Shown here in pieces: positions 13,316-25,000 of a DNA stretch of 64,000 nucleotides; position 1 is the stretch's first letter; every line of letters begins with the position of its first letter. The notes beneath the pieces were generated by a model. It was not told where the DNA came from, ran no database searches, and saw only the letters and a program-made list of their open reading frames with translations. Both the position numbers and the translations under genes were made by a program. The DNA comes from Microbotryum violaceum. Taxonomy: Eukaryota. The stretch is taken from NCBI GenBank assembly GCA_001244265.2, contig CDLV01000008.1, positions 1,798,001 through 1,862,000 of the forward strand. Reading direction: 5' to 3'.

Positions 13316-14423
13316 TCACACTCGCATCGAGCGGATACCGCGGCTCAACTCATTCGGACCACCGGAGTCGAAGCGAGACTTGGTGTTAGTCTTCGTAGGA
13401 AGAAGCGAGGTCGACGTCGCCACGTCGTATGGTTTTGTCGCCTGTGCGCCCTTCTTAAGAGGAGATAGCCGAGAGCGGATTGGCCGCACATTGCCGAACG
13501 TGGTCGATAGCGGCGACGGTGAGGCTGGTCGGTCGGCAAAGGCGCGATTCGTGAAACGTCCAAGTCCAGTGAACGCCTCCGTGACCTGTCGAGAGCGCAG
13601 AAGGAGCGAGGTGTCAGCTCGATCGGCGATACAGCGACCGATGTGGAAGGAGCAAGGAGCTTACCTCGGCCAGCGGCGACTCGGTCAAAGCTCTGGCTCT
13701 TCGGTCAGAATCACTAATCTCAAGTGAATGCTTGGATCTACCGTCGACCTCGCTTTCTGAGGTTGGGCTAGGTGCGTATCCCGAATCGTGCGCTGGACTG
13801 TGCTCGACGAAACCGCTGTCGGGATTGATTCGTTGTGATCGTGCGTCGCCGAAGCGCACAGGTCGATTGTTGCCAACTTTTGATGGTTTTGATCTTTGAG
13901 CTGCCGAGCTCTTCCTGACGACGGGTGGCGTGGACGAGTCTTGCTCGTCGTCGGTGGACGAGAAGCCAGGGATGACCCGAGTCCTCATCGTGCCTGTGCA
14001 TTCCCCATTGAATGACGGTTGGGGGAAAGCTTTGACGGTGGTGGGTGCATCCCGGAACACCTTGAGAGACCCTTTCGACGACGAAGCGGCTGTTGTGGTC
14101 GTCGTCGGTTTCGACTCGAGCACGGCGAGCTTCTTGCCCGCGCCGAGCTTCGACTTGACCGCGCGAGGATGGATATTCTCCTTTCCGGGTCGATGAACCA
14201 TGGCAGCCGATCCGTTCTCGCCGCATTTGATCAAGAAAGATGAACTGGACGGGTGACATGACTTTGACTGGGTCGAGGATGATGCTGAGTCATGGTGCAC
14301 TCGCTTGCGTTGAGCGATTGCGGCTGCTGCTGACGAGGTGCTGCTCGAGGGGAGTGCTGACGTCGACGCGGCCGGAGTGGGAGCCGGAACGTCCTGGTAC
14401 ACCTGGAACAGACCTCTTGCCAT
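13316..14423 (-). CDS. Disordered protein with ABBA, KEN and D-box-like motifs; candidate APC/C substrate or inhibitor, 2 exons
   Basis: ATG 14423, intron 13664-13586. Motifs FQVYQD, GKENIHP, LKVFRD, RALTESPLAEVTEAF and C-terminal IRSMRV. Confidence 0.6.
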
Positions 14424-15601
14424 CTGGACAAAGTTCGTGCAAGAGATCAAGTGAGACCTGGAAGGTGAGCTTGGAAGACGAGGTGGCGGAGGTCGGACCA
14501 GTTGGTTCGGTCGTGTTGAGTGAACCTCGAAACGGCTGTGTTGACTGAGGAGGAGACCAAGTTAAACGACCGTCGCAGCTTCGAGGGGATGACCAGGCTG
14601 ATGTGGGGTGTATGCCCGGTAAATCTGAGGGTAGAGTGGAGCACAACAGAGCAGAGAAGGGTAGAAGTGAGGGGTAGGTGAGCGCGCTCGCTCCCACCAA
14701 AGACGAGGCGCAATCATGCAGAATCATCAATTGCGCGCGTGCATCGGTTCGATTTTGGACTGATACGGCGGGATACGGCTCAACGAGCCAAAGGCCTATA
14801 GGCTAGCTAATTTAAATCCGCATTCTCAGTCAAGCAGCCTCACGAATTCAAGTACACGGGCGACCCTATGGGCTGCGGGAACCGCACGGATCCGTTTCTG
14901 GTTTCCGTATGTCCGGCTGGCGGGGCGGATCGTATGAATTCCGTAACGGACTAGAATGATCGGAATTATAATCCACTTCTCCCCAAATCCCATATTTCGG
15001 GTGCATGAGAAACACAACAGACGACCGATACATGCTCTGAGGTCTTGTACACCTTTTTCATCCATGAAATTTGCTGACAAGTTGATGTTGTCATGTTTTA
15101 CAAACTATAAGGAATCCAGCAGGAAAATACCAAGTTTCTAAGATGGTCAACCATATGGCGCCGTTACGGATTGTAGACATGAGAATTCGGCACAATTGAG
15201 CGTTGCGCGTGTAGATTCAAGTTGCCAGCTTGCCGATCCACGCTTGACCACTGCAGTCGCGCCAACGCCCTCAGTCCTTGGCTTAAGTCACACAACTCAC
15301 GAGACTCAGACTATCACCTGTCCTCCCTCCCAATAATTTCGCCCTAACCACGGTCCACCAGCACCTCCAACGCCTGCTCCTGCCTATCTTCTTGCGTGAT
15401 TGCGCACGTGACCGCTTTCCCGTGCTGTCAACGTCAGACTTTATCTCAGTTATTTGATAAAGTCTGGACCTCTAGCCAAATAGGCCACCAAAAGAGAACA
15501 GTATTCAAGATGTAACTTGATTACGAACTGAACCCTTGACCTGTCATAGGCCCTAAGTTGAGACACACTTCCTCCAGGACCTGATCCGCTCCCTCGGGAA
15601 T

Positions 15602-15730
15602 TGGGATCCCCTATCTCAAAGCCTCCCCGACCTCAACCTACGAAGCCGAAGCCAAAGCCCTCTACTCCTCGCTATACCACGCCTAAAATCGTATCCCTTG
15701 TCTCCGAAGACACCGACGTCATAGTTTTCA
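15602..15730 (+). pseudogene. Fragment of an XPG/FEN1-family I-region nuclease
   Basis: Translates GIPYLKA..YEAEAKALY.., then after a stop/frameshift VSEDTDVIVF. These are the EAEA and SEDxD motifs. Confidence 0.55.
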
Positions 15731-16774
15731 GCTGGGGAGGGTGAAGAAGCGCGGGGAGGGCCCGGGGGGGGGGGGGGGGGGGGGGGCAGGGGATGCCCTG
15801 GACGGGGATGGTCTGGGGACGAACCCCCGAAATGGGAAGGAGAACGGGGACTTATGTTCAGTTAAACAAGCCCGCGGGATGGAAGGCGGCAAAGAAAGCT
15901 GTCAAGAGGGCCGCTCAAAAGGCCTGGAGGAATCAGCCGATACTGCCAGTGGTCCAGAGGATGCGGCTGAGCCCGGTTCGTCCAGTGGGGACCCTCTGTA
16001 CTAAATCCCGCCCGTGTCGTCATAGCTCTCCTTGCGGAACTGGCCAATCTGCGGCTCAAGTCCACTACGTTGTCAAACGTGGATGCCACGCCTCAGTCGA
16101 CCCGCCTACGGGCCACACGTTCTCGTTCAAAGCCCAAAGTGAAAGGATCACAGTAGAATAATCGACAGTGACTCCGCTGCAGTGCTACGGTGGTGCATAG
16201 GGATGATCCAATGGAAGTTGTGGAGTCCGAGAGAGCGCTAAGAGGAAGATGGCGCGCAAGCATGAAAAATCCCGAACAACCTGGAGATCCACTCTCGTAC
16301 ATCGTTCGAATAGTTGCGAGCAGCTCGGCCTTGTTGACCGGCTCGGAGAGAGTATCAATGTGCGCGTTCAAGAAGGGTCGACGGAAGCGAGCGCCGCAAA
16401 GCGGGTCGTCACAACGTCTTGCTAATCGGATTTGTCTCAAGATTTCATCCCACATCTGCTCCCCCCCCCCCCCCCCCCCGTTCCAAATTTTTTGCTTCAC
16501 TCTGCCTGTCCGTTACGGGTTGGCCTTGTCGGCTCCGGCAGCTAAGCGGAAGCGGAACGGCAAGCTCTACTACTCATAGCTCATAGCAGGCACTGATCAG
16601 GGTCAATGGGCAACAGGAACGACGTACAAAGGAAGCCAAGACTTTGAATTCGGCAGGACAGCGGCGTCAGAGTCTTGTGAATGGAGCATCGGGAGTCGAG
16701 GACGAAGCTCCAGTCAGGCGGGCGACTCTACAAGTCGCTCGATCACGTTCCGGTTTGACCGGCTTTGATTGGCT

Positions 16775-17040
16775 AGACTCGACTTGGTTTGAGAATCCAT
16801 CTGGGTCCGGGCACTAGCCTTGTGAGTAGATCCTCCGAATCTCGAGTCTTCGCGGCCTGTACGCCCTCCTCGCGCAAAATCTGGTTGGCTTTCTCCAGCT
16901 CGCTCAATTCATACTCGAGGAGACTGATTCCGGCCTTGCTTCATCGCTCCTTCTTCATCTGCTTGAGAAAATGGAATGGCGCAGTACCCGTATCGTTAAC
17001 TTCGTCGCAGTTCGCCCACAGGTTACGAAACTCAGTGACG
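16775..17040 (-). pseudogene. Orphan coding fragment with an in-frame stop
   Basis: EFRNLWANCDEVNDTGTAPFHFLKQMKKER*SKAGISLLEYELSELEKANQILREEG; product unknown. Confidence 0.3.
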
Positions 17041-19244
17041 TACGGCGAACACCGCAACCAAAACCGCGCCCGCGAATGCTCCGATCCAAGCGCTCCTCGC
17101 TAACGGGGAGATTCGGAGCGGCATTTTGAGTGCTATGAATGTCTTTTGCCCCGGGGATGCAGTTGAAAGACGGTGTGGTGACGATGCTGTAGTGAGATAG
17201 AAGAGGAAAAGCACCCGCCCGTCGAGCCCACACTGTGTGGCGAGCAGCGACGCCGAGGCTGCGACTTGTGGCAACGGCAAGCTCCAAGCTCCAATGCTTG
17301 ATGGCCGCGAAAACAGACGACGGTTGATGGCGAGACTGGTCGTTGGCGTGATAAAAATTGAGCACGATACGACGTTCGCGGAGTCGTTGGTAAGGCGACA
17401 GGTATGGACTTCAGGCTGCAGTGGGGATCGAATCGACGAGCTTCGGACTCGCACGGGCCGGTTCAAGGACTGGTTAGGAACTGGTCAGGACAAGCCGAGG
17501 GGACGCGCAAGCCGCGCCCTCGCAAGCCCCGCAGTAGCCCCGCCCCCCTGTCCCACCCTCCCCTCCCCCCCACCCAAAGCCAGGGCCGCCGCCTCAGGCA
17601 GGTCGCGGGTCGGCGCCTAAGTAGTGACGGAGCCTGGGGTTGGGGCGTTTGAAAATATCAAACAGAAAACAAAGGGGAAGGAGGAAGCTTACCTCCTTGA
17701 TATCAGATTATATTGGCAGTGCCGCCAATGATACCTGCTACGCCATACTACTACTACATAGTAGTAGACCCGCGTGATAAATTATAAACGCCTTACTAGT
17801 AGCTGCCTGTGCAGCCTCCCCTAGTAGTTATGGTCTCCGTCTAATCGATCCGCCATACAAAACAAAACAAAAAAAACTCTTCATGTCCCATCAATCAGTC
17901 TCTACATCATAACGCATCACATCCGACACCAACCGAGGCGACGCGGGCCAAACGCGCGGAAGTTTTTGAGGACTTTTGAGCGGATCTTGGAGCATGTAGA
18001 ACGGTTTTTGGCAGTGTTTCGAGGCGCACATGTAAATCCGACATTTTGGGCCAAAAGAGGGCGGAAAGTCGATAAAAAGTTCAGAAAAGAGCGTCTTCCA
18101 CAGCGGCCTTTGGCTGGCCTTTTGGGGGGCTGCCTCACCCGGGGCCCGCGAGATGAGTGCTCCCTCAGCGTCTCCTTTACCTCAGCTTCCACTGCCACTG
18201 CACAGCAGCCAGCAGGCACCAACTTCGTCATCGCTGTCGTCCTTCACGAGTCCGCTGACCTCCAGCAAGTGACACGAGGTATCTGGTCGTCGGATTTGTG
18301 AGTGACGACACATTCTTCTAGCGACATATCCTGCAGTGTTCGGCGGTTACGGAACTGTCACGGAGGCCGCGCGTTACGCGTCGTCCCGGCGCCGGCCATG
18401 TCGTTGAAATGGACTCCGTTCGACCCAATCACATGAAATTTTATTTTTGGCTTTTATATTGGAGATCGTTTTTGTCTCTGTTTTTTGCATTTTTTCTACA
18501 AAGGGAACTAGTAACAAATTCTATAGGTACATCATCCTCTACATCTTCCTCTACATCTTCCTCTGTAAGATTTTACCATGATAAATTATTCCAATAAAAA
18601 GCACTAGGTAATTTATGTAGGGCTAGAATTAACTCTTTAAGATTAGGCTGCATCATTGCTGCAGGATACTGACCACCCGGATAACATCGTGGCTGCCATA
18701 CTCTACTGGTACTGCGTTCTCCTCTTTTGAACCGAGCTGAAGGTCGTCTCAATAAGGGCCCGCCCATTGGTCCTCTCGTCACCGGGTAGTACCTATAGCA
18801 GCTCGCTGACGGGCCAGCCATCACGGTCGCTCGCTTGACCTTCTCGGAGACGGCTGGTACGCCGACCGAGATCTAGTACTAACCGACGGATGCGTGGATG
18901 CGCGAGGGTCGTGGTGGTTACGCAGTCGTGCTCTTGTCTTCGTCTCGACCGAGTGGGAAGTGGCTGTGGGGTGGGCCTTCTGTCGTTAGTACATTTCTTT
19001 TCTTTCTTTTTCTCTTCATCTCTCTTTCTCTCTCTCATTAGTCTCCTGGGGAGGAGCAACCGCTTGGCTAGGGCATTTGAATCCGAATCTCGGATTGGTG
19101 GACTTGGCTCGTTTCTCGCACTTTTGCGGGCGGTTTGTGTTATCATCGTAGTCTTCCATCTAGTTTTTCCGTAGGCCAAAACAGGGGGAACAGGAACTGG
19201 GGGCAATATGATGAACGTTTTCTACAAAAAAAAAAAAAGGATGC

Positions 19245-19642
19245 GTGGATACAGATTGAAAGGGTCTTACTCTTGTGTTGACCCCAGCGTGACGATCGAC
19301 GATGTCGGTGATGACGCGTTTGCAAGTGCACGAGCGTTGGCTCGCACCCGTGCTTGGGTTCTTCGTTGGTGCCTCCTGGACCGCAAATTTCATTGTACGT
19401 ACACTACTTGAAACGCAAGAGCCCGCCTTGAGAACGTTCCGGCACCTGACACCGCGCTCCCTCCACCTCTATAGCTTGCTTCAGACCGCCACTTCCGCGT
19501 GAGCGACGAACTGCGTCGCAAGGGATACGAGGTCAACAACAAGCGCATGATAGGGGAGAGAGCGCGTGCTTTCAATCGCGAGCAGCAGGCTCAATGGGAA
19601 AAACAGCAAGAACGAATACTGCGATTCGCGCAGAGCAGGTAA
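19245..19642 (+). pseudogene. 5'-truncated two-exon gene fragment
   Basis: Intron 19395-19484 (GTACGT..TTCAG) joins ..WVLRWCLLDRKFH to YRHFRVSDELRRKGYEVNNKRM..RFAQSR*. The 5' end runs into a poly-A tract. Confidence 0.4.
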
Positions 19643-19841
19643 ATCATTCTAGAGGCCGCGATGATCACGGATCACTGCGGATGGGTGGGGAGGGGGGTTA
19701 TCGCAGGGCTCGAGCGCTTTAAACAGTGTGCCATCGAGATTACAGAATGCAATACAGTTCGAACGAGCTTTCGAGTCTTTGTTGTATTTTGTGGATCGTC
19801 AGTCGCACCAAGGACTATAGTAGTGTGGGCCTTACCGTCGA

Positions 19842-20817
19842 GTCTCAGATCAAATTGATCTTCTGGAAGGGATGAAGAAAGGATCGACCAACGCGAGACG
19901 GGGAAACATAAGATCGGATCGGGGCCGATCCTCCGGTGATCTGATTCTATGAGAACCCCAGCCTGCCAAGCCACCTAAACCACGCGTCGTCCGTCGTCCG
20001 TCCTCCGGACCCTTCCTTGCTTCGTCTATCTATAGTCCAAGGAAAAGGCGTTTCGATCAGCGACGAGAATTAGCCACCACACAACACCGTGCATCCTCGT
20101 GCATCCCCCAAAGAGGCCTGAGGCCCATGCCTCCCTCGCTCGACCTTACCCTCTTTCTTTTGCTCCTTCAACAAAGCGACCTCTTGCCGCAGTGCAGCAA
20201 AGCTCCTCGTCCCTAGCCCCCAGCCTGTCCGTCACGGCTGGGGCATGTTCGCCTTGCGGTTCGCCCCATTTGGCGTCCTGGACGATCGAGTGCAGTGCGT
20301 CAGCAGGATGTGATGAGGGCAAAGAGCCGTGAGGCTCACGACATACAAGAGTTATGTGCAGTGTAAGTGCTCGATCGTCCAGGACGCCAAGTGGGGCGAA
20401 CCCCATGGCGAACATGCCGCAGCCGTGACGGACAGGCTGGGGGCTAGGGACGAGGAGCTTTGCTGCACTGCGGCAAGAGGTCGCTTTGTTGAAGGAGCAA
20501 AAGAAAGAGGGTAAGGTCGAGCGAGGGAGGCATGGGCCTCAGGCCTCTTTGGGGGATGCACGAGGATCACGGTGTTGTGTGGTGGCTAATTCTCGTCGCT
20601 GATCGAAACGCCTTTTCCTTGGACTATAGATAGACGAAGCAAGGAAGGGTCCGGAGGACGGACGACGGACGACGCGTGGTTTAGGTGGCTTGGCAGGCTG
20701 GGGTTCTCATAGAATCAGATCACCGGAGGATCGGCCCCGATCCGATCTTATGTTTCCCCGTCTCGCGTTGGTCGATCCTTTCTTCATCCCTTCCAGAAGA
20801 TCAATTTGATCTGAGAC
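19842..20817. repeat. Near-perfect long inverted repeat (arms 19842-20290 and 20370-20817, 79-bp spacer)
   Basis: The arms are reverse complements with about 5 differences (one indel, plus substitutions near the spacer). Confidence 0.95.
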
Positions 20818-21357
20818 ATTGAACTGCCTTATGTGGCAACAGATGACCACATCTCACTAGTTGTCGCTATCGGTGTTGAGCGCATCGTTGTCATTACTAC
20901 CACCACTACTGTTTGTGCCCACCCTAACTGTCCTCCGCATCCCAGTCGGTATCATTATCATCATCATCATCCGAAATGATCAGCTCGCTGATTCGCCTGT
21001 TTTTATGAGCTCCGGGCCGGTTGCGCGCGGTGCGCGGTGCCCTCGCCGGTTTAGGTGGAGTTCGCATGACGTCTACATAATGCGAACATGATTTATATTC
21101 AGTTCGGACTGTAACAAGGGTCATGTCGAGGTACACACCCTGTAGAACTCTGTTGTGAACGGCAGGTATCAATAAATGGCTATCTACCAAGTAACGACAC
21201 TACATCCTCCCCCCCCCACACCTTTCTCTTTTTTTTGTTCTTTTTTTCTCCCGCGAAGCTTGATCTATCTTATGTTGATCCTGCCCAGCTGGGATCAGGA
21301 TCGATCTGATCCTAATTTTTAGGATCAAGATCAGATTTGATCCTATGAGAATCCTTG
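20698..21357. mobile_element. Putative non-autonomous TIR element (hAT-like) with GATC-rich subtermini
   Basis: Left end CTGGGGTTCTCATAG versus reverse complement of the right end CAAGGATTCTCATAG (12/15). Flanks TTGGCAGG and GTGCCAGG match 6/8, possibly a decayed 8-bp TSD. Confidence 0.4.
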
Positions 21358-22038
21358 GTGCCAGGTGGAGCCTAGGGGTGCAGTGGGGGCGTCTTGGCTT
21401 TTTCGTTGTGAAACGCAGTCGAGTGTCGATGATTCTCTTGAGCTTGTTTGGGCTCAATGCCAACAGTTTGATCTCTTTCAAGCGACAAGCCGCATCTTGG
21501 ACGAGTACTGCCGAACGAGGCCATTCCGAGTCGACCTCAACGATTGTAACAAGATTGCATTTTGAAATATAAACCACGAGAAAACAGCCTACAGCCACTG
21601 AGCGGCATGATTCTTGACAGCGTTCGGATCCTCTGAGCCAGATCTCGCTTTGATGTGATGCTAAACGCGTCTAAGCAAGACCGCCCGGATGATCGTGTCA
21701 CTTCCGGACGCAGGGCAAAAACCGATCTGCGCCGATCAGCGCGCTGCATTGCGACGCTCCTGCAGTGGGCCTCCGAGTCCCGACTCCTCCCATTCCGTCG
21801 CCGATTTCACTTTGCTTGTCGACTCATACGCTCTCGACGCCTACGGACTCTGACCCCATCTCACCGTCTGACAAGTGGTCGTCCACAGTACGGACCAGGA
21901 CACGGACCCGGCTCCGCAGACTGCTTGCAAGCTCAAGGTGTCGGCACTCGCTCTTGTACATCCGTGGGTTACGACGGCGCACCACTACCGGCGAAGTCAC
22001 GAGCTAGAGCCCAGATTGCACCGAGTCTCCATCCGGCC

Positions 22039-25000
22039 ATGAGCTCTACAGAAGATGAAGGCGGGCGCAAGACCAAACGACGAAAGGTTGACATCACCAT
22101 CGCACCCTTCCTTGCATCTGCATCAGCGCGCACCGCTGCTTCAACCTTGTCCCTGTCCGGCCGGGACGATCGGAGCCCGGGAGCCGTCTCGACCTCGAGC
22201 GGTACGACATCGTCCTCGACTGGCGCAGGCAGTGGCAGCGGCGGTGCTCCAGGTTCGTCGAATGTATCGACGGCAGGGACCGCGTTGAAGTCACCATTCC
22301 CCGGCTCCGTTGCAACTCCCCCCGCGAGCAGGGACCGGCACAACCCACTTCTGACCAGCGACGGTGCTCCCGTGGTCGTCACCTCGACTTTTCAGTCTAT
22401 CTTCTCCCCGACCTCGACCTCAATCTCCTTTTCACCTTTGGGAACACCGACGGAAGCCCATCGGGACCACTACTTTGTGCCGCCGCCGACCATTCCTCAC
22501 CACCATTCGCCGGTGCCCCACCACACTCCTCCCGTCCACTTTTCGGATGACATGAGCACCTCGTCCGCGTCATCGTCAACGTCGGGCACCACAACTCGTA
22601 CAATGCCGGCTCCATTGTCGCAAGGAACGTTCTATTTCTTGCCTCTCCCCTCCCCGACGTCGAGTTTGAGCACTCCTATCAGCCACGCCCCACGACCACG
22701 CCTTACGAGGACCGAATCAAGCGCGATGGCGAGGGGCGGTACGTTACACATCGAGGGCTATCGTGACGGTAAGCAGTCTGGAACGATCTTTTGATCGAGT
22801 TCTACTGAGGAACTTGCCGCTAACCAGACTGCCCCCCTCCCCAGTGCGCATCATAGGAGCCCCGTATGACGATGTCGTCGCCTGCCGAGCTGTGTCCATC
22901 AACCGCGGCGACCAACGCGTGCTGCTCAAGCTGAGCTTGTCGGCGAGCGTGTTGGTGGCGTCTCATATTCGCGCAGAGATTTCAGTTTTGAACGAACTGT
23001 GGGAGGCGGGCATTCACAACTGCACGAGGATCATCGCTCGGGAAGTCAGCCGATTAGGAGTGAGTTCGTGGCCGGTTGGAACAGTGGCTCGTCGCAAGGT
23101 GAATGACTCTTGATTGCTGATCGCTTCGTTTCTTCACTGTTCCCACTTCCTTTCTTCCACAGACAATCATGGTCTGCGTCGATGATGGGCTCACTCGGTT
23201 CAGCGAGCGATACCAGATGAGGTCGCAACCACGACGGAATCCATACTGGTCCGATCCGACTGATCTGCTCGACGCGATTGATATCGCCGTCAAGCTGATT
23301 CGACTCGCTGCATCCGTGCATGGAAGACAAATCGTCCACGGTTCTCTGCGCCCTGATTGCGTTTCCATCTCGATGCTCGGCGAGATGCAAATGCACGATT
23401 TCTCGTGTTCGTTTCGCGCCAGCGCGGAAGGCGACACGAATCCAATCCGCGAGCGCGGCCTCCACGAGGACTCTTTGCCCTACATTGCGCCCGAATGCTC
23501 TGGGCGGGTCGGAAGGTCTGCAGACTATCGCAGCGACTACTACTCCATCGGTGCGATCTTGTACGAGGTTTTCGCAGGACGAGCACCTTTTGCCGACGCC
23601 ATCGACCCACTCGACATCGTCCACGCTCACATCACGAGGAAACCACCGCTGATGACCAGTCTCGACCCTTCGATCCCAATGAACCTCTCACTCGTCATTG
23701 CCAAACTGCTCGAGAAATCGCAGGACGCGAGGTATCAAACGAGCGAGGGCATCGTCGTCGACTTGAGCGAAATCGCCAGGCAGGTCCGCAAGCAAACCAC
23801 CACACCCGATCTGGCGTTGCTCCTGTCTCCGACGACGGGCGAGAACGATCCAGCTACGCCGGGAGAGACAAGTTCGAACGGGTCCGGGTGCGGGTCCGGG
23901 GAGTTCGTCGTCGGTGATGTCGACACGGCTGCCCATTTTCGCTTGCCGCCTTCGAACAAGATGTATGGCCGAGACGAGAGTATTGAGCAGGTGACGAAGA
24001 TGTATCGACACGTTAGGGAAACGGGCGAGCACCGCTTCGTCGTCGTCAAAGGGCCTTCTGGTGTGGGCAAGACGACTCTCGTCGAGGCTGTTCGGAGGCC
24101 AGCGATCCAGGCTAAAGGTTTCTACACGAGCGTCAAATTTGGTAAGTTGGGGATAGATCTGTAACTGTATGCGGCCGTGCTGATACCAGGGCCATGATTG
24201 ATCGAACGAATAGATCAATACAAATCTCCGGTGCCATTCTTCGCCATTGTCCAATCCTTGTCGGGTCTGCTTCGGCAGGTACTCGCCGAGCCTGAAGCTT
24301 CGTTGCTGCGATGGCGGAAACGCATACACGCCGCGCTGGGGAAGGATGGTCGAGCACTCGCCGACTTGCTCCCTGCACTTGAGCTCATCTTTGAACCTGG
24401 TTGGGTGGAGACCTTACCACCGCTTGTGCCTCTCGGAGCCGCTGAGAGTGAGCAACGGTTTCAAAGTCTGGTGCGATCGGTCTTGCGCACATTTGCGCGT
24501 CCCGGCAGGCCTCTGGTCATCGTGTTTGGTCAGTTTTTGATGTGCTGCCTCTTCCCTCTCTCACGATTGAACCTACCTGATGTGGTATCTCATTCAAATC
24601 TCGTTACTCAGACGACCTCCAGTGGAGTACACTGTCGGATCTCGCGTTCATCCGCTCCTTGCTGGCGGAGGAGAATGACACGTCTTCTCGCTCGAGCTCG
24701 CACCAGACGCCCAAGATGCTCATCGCCCTGTGGCGCGACAATGATGTTGACAGCGAGCACATTGTCTCGACGCAACTGCTGGCCCAGGTGCCTGAGGTTC
24801 ACCTCAACCTGAGCCTCGAACCTCTCTCGTTGACGGACGTGATCGACTACGTCGGCGCTGCGCTGCAGACCCCGCCCACCACGAAGCGCTCAAAGTCGAC
24901 CGCTGCTCGCGAGGACCCAAACATTCGGACATTGAGTGAGCTGATTCTTGCGACCACGAAAGGTAGTCCCCTGTTCGTTGCTCAAGTAAGTGCGATCGGC

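Noticed and set aside
19842..20817. Whole palindrome as a MITE or DIRS element
   Set aside because: No TSD, no coding capacity, and the arms include apparent flanking DNA.
21655..22038. Longer N-terminus for the histidine kinase
   Set aside because: It starts at a non-ATG codon and looks non-coding; ATG 22039 is preferred.
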